This document shows positions 62,320 to 64,000 of a stretch of DNA of 64,000 bases, piece by piece. Location of the stretch: assembly GCA_963666055.2 (NCBI GenBank), contig CAXWPH010000005.1, forward strand, positions 64,001 to 128,000, given 5' to 3'. Within the stretch, counting starts at the first letter, position 1; each line of letters opens with the position of its first letter. Position numbers and translations under genes: made by a program. The notes beneath the pieces were generated by a model. It had not been told where the DNA came from, did not search any database, and worked only from the letters and a program-made list of their open reading frames with translations. Source of the stretch: Acidobacteriota bacterium. GTDB lineage: Bacteria > Acidobacteriota > UBA890 > WLXD01.

Positions 62320-63178
62320 TCAGCTGCCGAAGGACAGCTCGCGAAACTCGGCCGCCGTGGCCAAGACCGCGCGCTCGATCGGCAGGCGCTCGGTCGAAGA
62401 GCCCGTCCAGAACCCGTTCCCGGTGGTGTGGTTGAGCATGTATTGCGCGTCGTCCGGATTCTCCATCGCGGCGCCGTGCGCGATGAGGATGGTCTCCGGG
62501 TTGATCTCGCGGACCTTGGCGTACACTTCCTCGGTGCGCTCGGCCGTCAATTCGATCGTCTCGCCCGAGTCGTAGCCACGGATACCGCCCTTCGTGGTTC
62601 CGGCGTGGAAGCAGAAGACGTCCGGGGCGGCCTCTTCGATCATGCGGATGCTGTCCTCCATGTCGAAGGCGAGGCCGACGCTCACCATGTCCATCTCCTT
62701 GGTCAGCTTGAGCATGTCGATCTCCACCTGGAAGGTGATGCCGCTCTGGCGCAGCACCTTGCGAAGGTTGGAGTCCTTGTCGACGTAGCTGACCGACGGT
62801 CCGATGTTCGAGGCCGACGCGACCCCCATGTTCTTGAGGTCCTGGAGCACCGTGCGCATGTCGCGCAGCGGATCGTTCGGATTGAGACAGGCGCAGATGA
62901 ACGCGTCGCCTTTGATCGCCGGCAGGATGTCCTGCTGGGTGTAATCGAGGGTCTGTTTGTTGGAGTCGATGCTCGGCCACATCATCGACATCGTTCCCCA
63001 GCCGTTGGCGCGCAGTCGAGCGCCGCAGAACGTGTTGATACAGTCGACACCGGCCTGCTCCAGTAGCTTGGCCACCAGCCCGTTGCCGGCGCTGGAGATC
63101 ATGATCGGTGTGTGTGCGTCGAGCTTTTTCTGAAGCTTGTTGAGGATTTCTTGGCCGGGAGGTGCGGGGTGAGATCAC
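62320..63178 (-). CDS. PEP-hydrolase-like TIM-barrel protein (UPF0261 partner) with a frameshift near the 5' end
   Basis: AGNGLVAK, HAGTTKGG, HGAAM, GSSTERLP. Confidence 0.8.
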
Positions 63179-63345
63179 GGGAGGAACTCCGTTGGTGTTT
63201 TCGGGAAGGGACGCTCGCAGCCGTGACAGGATTCAGGCAAGTTCGAGTCGGACCGGAGGCCGCGATGGTGGCACGACTTTGACGGCAACCAGGTCCGGCT
63301 GCAACTCTTCGTACCGAACATCATCCAACCTGGAGGTGGCACGCC

Positions 63346-64000
63346 ATGCGCGTTGAATCGACAACGGTCCTTGGAGTCGCCCTTGGCGCGCTGATCTGCT
63401 TGGCGGCGTTTGCCTTTCCGAAGGCCCACGGCCAGACACCCGACAGCCAGGACGGGGTACTGGGAACGATCGCTCCGTTCAACAGCTACGGGCACGTTTA
63501 CGACGAGAACAGCCTCGAAGCCATGCGGCCGCGGATCATGGGAACCCACGGCGCCGTCTCCACCGGACACTACCTGGCTACCACTGCCGGTCTGGAGATG
63601 CTCAAGGCCGGCGGCAACGCTTTCGATGCGGGGGTCACCGCCGCGATGGCGCTGAAGGTGACCAAGATGGCGTATGCCGGCTGGACGGGGGTCGCGCCGC
63701 TGATCCTCTACAGTGCCGAGGAAGACCAGGTCGTCACCCGTATCGGAGCCGGTCGCAGCCCGGCGCTGGCGACGCTCGACCATTTCCTGCAGCACGGCAA
63801 GACGGCCATCAACACCGCGCTGGTGCCGGCCGACGTCGATGTCTGGTTGGCGGCGCTCGAGCGCTACGGGACCATCAGCTTTGCGACATCGGCGCGACCG
63901 GCGCTCGAGATCGCCGAGAACGGCTACCACCTGTACAAGATGCAGAAGTGGCTGATCGAGGAGTACACCGACGACATCCTGCTGTTTCCGTACAACGTCG
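63346..64000 (+). CDS. Gamma-glutamyltransferase family protein, runs off the window
   Basis: GGAGG RBS, signal peptide, GAVSTGHYLATTAG..GGNAFDA, ALERYGT. Confidence 0.85.
   Translation, partial: MRVESTTVLGVALGALICLAAFAFPKAHGQTPDSQDGVLGTIAPFNSYGHVYDENSLEAMRPRIMGTHGAVSTGHYLATTAGLEMLKAGGNAFDAGVTAAMALKVTKMAYAGWTGVAPLILYSAEEDQVVTRIGAGRSPALATLDHFLQHGKTAINTALVPADVDVWLAALERYGTISFATSARPALEIAENGYHLYKMQKWLIEEYTDDILLFPYNV

Overview
High-GC bacterial DNA, most likely Acidobacteriota or a Gemmatimonadota-like lineage (PadR/ADOP pair, Ser/Thr kinase-TolB fusions, DUF1592/DUF1552, DUF1800/DUF1501). The window is a rearranged accessory mosaic: intact genes alternate with truncated fragments, solo IS3-type ends, a CTAG-flanked MITE and tRNA-derived att remnants (Met, Leu, degenerate Arg). 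Main result: a 14,074-bp tyrosine-integrase element (46242-60315) sits inside an ADOP ABC-permease gene. Both halves of the gene are present and rejoin in frame (902 aa) across a 7-bp direct repeat CAAACCG. The predicted attP and attB both read TGGC-N13-GCCA, a symmetry that the LALGLGA codons of the permease create themselves. The element carries integrase, AlpA, a DnaB-N/RecA-like helicase fusion with iteron-like repeats, and decayed cargo (HsdR fragment, DUF5677-like gene, MscS, IS3 pieces). Also present: kinase paralogs with near-identical kinase domains but divergent propellers, an AbiE toxin-antitoxin pair with a palindromic operator, two adjacent genes with single in-frame TAGs, and a tRNA-like gene that can fold with a CUA loop. 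The segment 61083-63178 has dense frameshifts, suggesting sequencing error. All family calls come from motif recognition by eye; no database searches were run.
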